64,000 bases of DNA. It comes from Paraspadella gotoi. Its lineage: Eukaryota > Animalia > Chaetognatha. The stretch's first letter is position 1; each line of letters starts with the position of its first letter. Made by a program: the position numbers and the translations under genes. Positions 62,265 to 64,000 of this stretch are shown piece by piece. The notes beneath the pieces are model-generated. The model ran no database searches, was not told the DNA's origin, and was given only the letters and a program-made list of their open reading frames with translations. The stretch spans positions 1,380,537 through 1,444,536 of the forward strand of contig CM119269.1 in NCBI GenBank assembly GCA_051294375.1, written 5' to 3'.

Positions 62265-64000
62265 CGACAATACGTCCCTCAAATTCAACCCCGGCGGAAG
62301 AGAAAGCTCCTCGGCGAAAATGAAGAGAACCCGAAGATGGACGACGATGTTTAAAAGACGGGGCGCCGGAGCCCGCGCCCCCGATGATACCCTGGTGGGC
62401 CGGGCGCGGCGCGGCGCTCGTCCGGAGCTGAACAGCCCAACAGCCGCGGCTTCTCTCAATTTAGAACTGGATCATGAACTCGAAAATGAACTTGATTACG
62501 GACATATATTTAAAATACTCGGATTGTTTTGCGTTTCACGACCGATGATCTAACGTTTTCTCGGAGAAGTCAGCCGACTAGTACGGAAGACCGCGAGGTG
62601 CGACGTTTTTGCTTCGACACCCACGTCGCAAACGCGCCGTATTTACTAGGAGATTCGGCCGCAGACGACGAAACAGAATTTATTATTTGTTTATTAACGT
62701 AGTATTCATTTATTCAAAACATTTAAAGTAGAATGGTTCAAAAATTTTATCCTCAAACGTTTAGCTTAGTATTAAGATCCCTATTTACGATTTTCCTTTG
62801 ATCATGTTTCAATTCTTTCGCTTTTATACGTATTTACGTTCGTTTATTTTATTCTGATCATGCGAAAGAAAAACCAGCTAACTTAAGCAATTATTTAAAA
62901 GAGACGATCACGTTTTTTATTGCTCTGTATTGAAAGTAGTTTCGTAGTATTTCCTCGACGTTAATCTTCGTCAAATCATTTTCGAAAAACTTTTATTACG
63001 ACGAAATTGAAAAATAACGTTCGATTTTACCATTTAATATTAGTATCTTTGTCTCAACTGATCGCTCTCTATCAAAATTCGACGCGAATACGGAAAGATT
63101 TTATTCAACGATAACGTGACATGGTTTTAAACATTGTGTAATCCACTGTGAAAAAATAATTTACTACTATTGCATTGTATTGTCATTCAAACATTAGCGA
63201 AAATCAATCACATAAAATTAAAAGAAAGGTACAGTTTTTTGACAGGCTTAAGTACAACGGATAAAACAATATATTCTTCCCTTCCCTTTTCTTGATTTTT
63301 TTTCAGTTTATTTCTGCTTTTTATTTATTTTTTTCTTTCTTCTCTCAATCTTATCTCTTTATTTCCATCTATCTTGATCCTTCTCTTCCTCTTTCATGAT
63401 TCTTTTCTCTTCTTCTTGGACATGCTTTGCACTGCCCCTTCAGATCAGAGTGGTCTTTGTTGGAGTTTTTTCCACCGCTCTGATGGAGCGCTGGAGGTGG
63501 GGGTGTAGAGATATGTCCCCCTTTTTCCCCCATTTATTTGTTTGCCTTTTTGTTATTACCGTTTCTGCCGATAGATGTCTTTTTCCTTTTCTTTAGGAGA
63601 TTACACTCCTCTTTCTTTTTCTTACCAGATATTCTAGCCATGTAGATTCTTAGGACTTTTCCGCCCGTCACCAAACTGCCTTTTACGAGGTTCCAGGACG
63701 CCCTCATGTCACCATTAGTCACCTTTTGATACGTTCACAGACAGTGATGTCACGGCCATAGAGCTTGTGGCGAGACCACACTCCAAGAGACTCGTGGGCC
63801 TACTCGTGGTCAGACTTTAGACCCCGTCATAGACTGGTGGACGGACTCGTGGCCCACCACATTCGGCCACACTCGGGTGACAATAGCCTCGCCGATACTC
63901 CCTCACCACGGCGAGCCGACGGTTCGCGCGGCAAGCACAACGGCGCTGGATGCGGCCACGCCCACTTCCGGAGGCGTCAGCGGGGGACCTGGGGGACGGC

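Noticed and set aside
63720-64000. GC-rich window end as a coding exon
   Set aside because: Truncated, with no recognisable motif.

Overview
Eukaryotic, almost certainly invertebrate metazoan, draft-assembly DNA: AT-rich introns, GA/CT microsatellites, four N gaps and error-rich patches. Exons were reconstructed by hand from splice signals and reading frame. Genes: (1) a type I membrane protein with ependymin/LolA-like repeats (1542-5434), three CLEAR-type E-boxes upstream and a second, alternative TM last exon; (2) a minus-strand protein with 8 EF-hands; (3) an intron-rich paralog of gene 1 ending in a YxxF tail (21629-26797); (4) a senju-like SLC35A nucleotide-sugar transporter (34108-36786); (5) a ~20 kb SLC9C (sperm-type NHE + voltage sensor + CNBD) gene (42767-~62264) that appears to splice to a signal peptide and a ~320 aa Cys-rich, repeat-built ectodomain and has a degenerate cAMP pocket. 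Mobile DNA: a young CsRn1-like Ty3/gypsy element, two DINE-1/HINE-like elements, a hAT-like element, several foldbacks, Penelope-type inverted repeats with minimal hammerhead ribozymes, and a CCA-tailed tRNA-Lys fragment. A recurring oddity is tandem arrays whose units are exon-intron junctions. Two gap-adjacent duplications are probably assembly artefacts. Family assignments rest on motif recall, not database searches.
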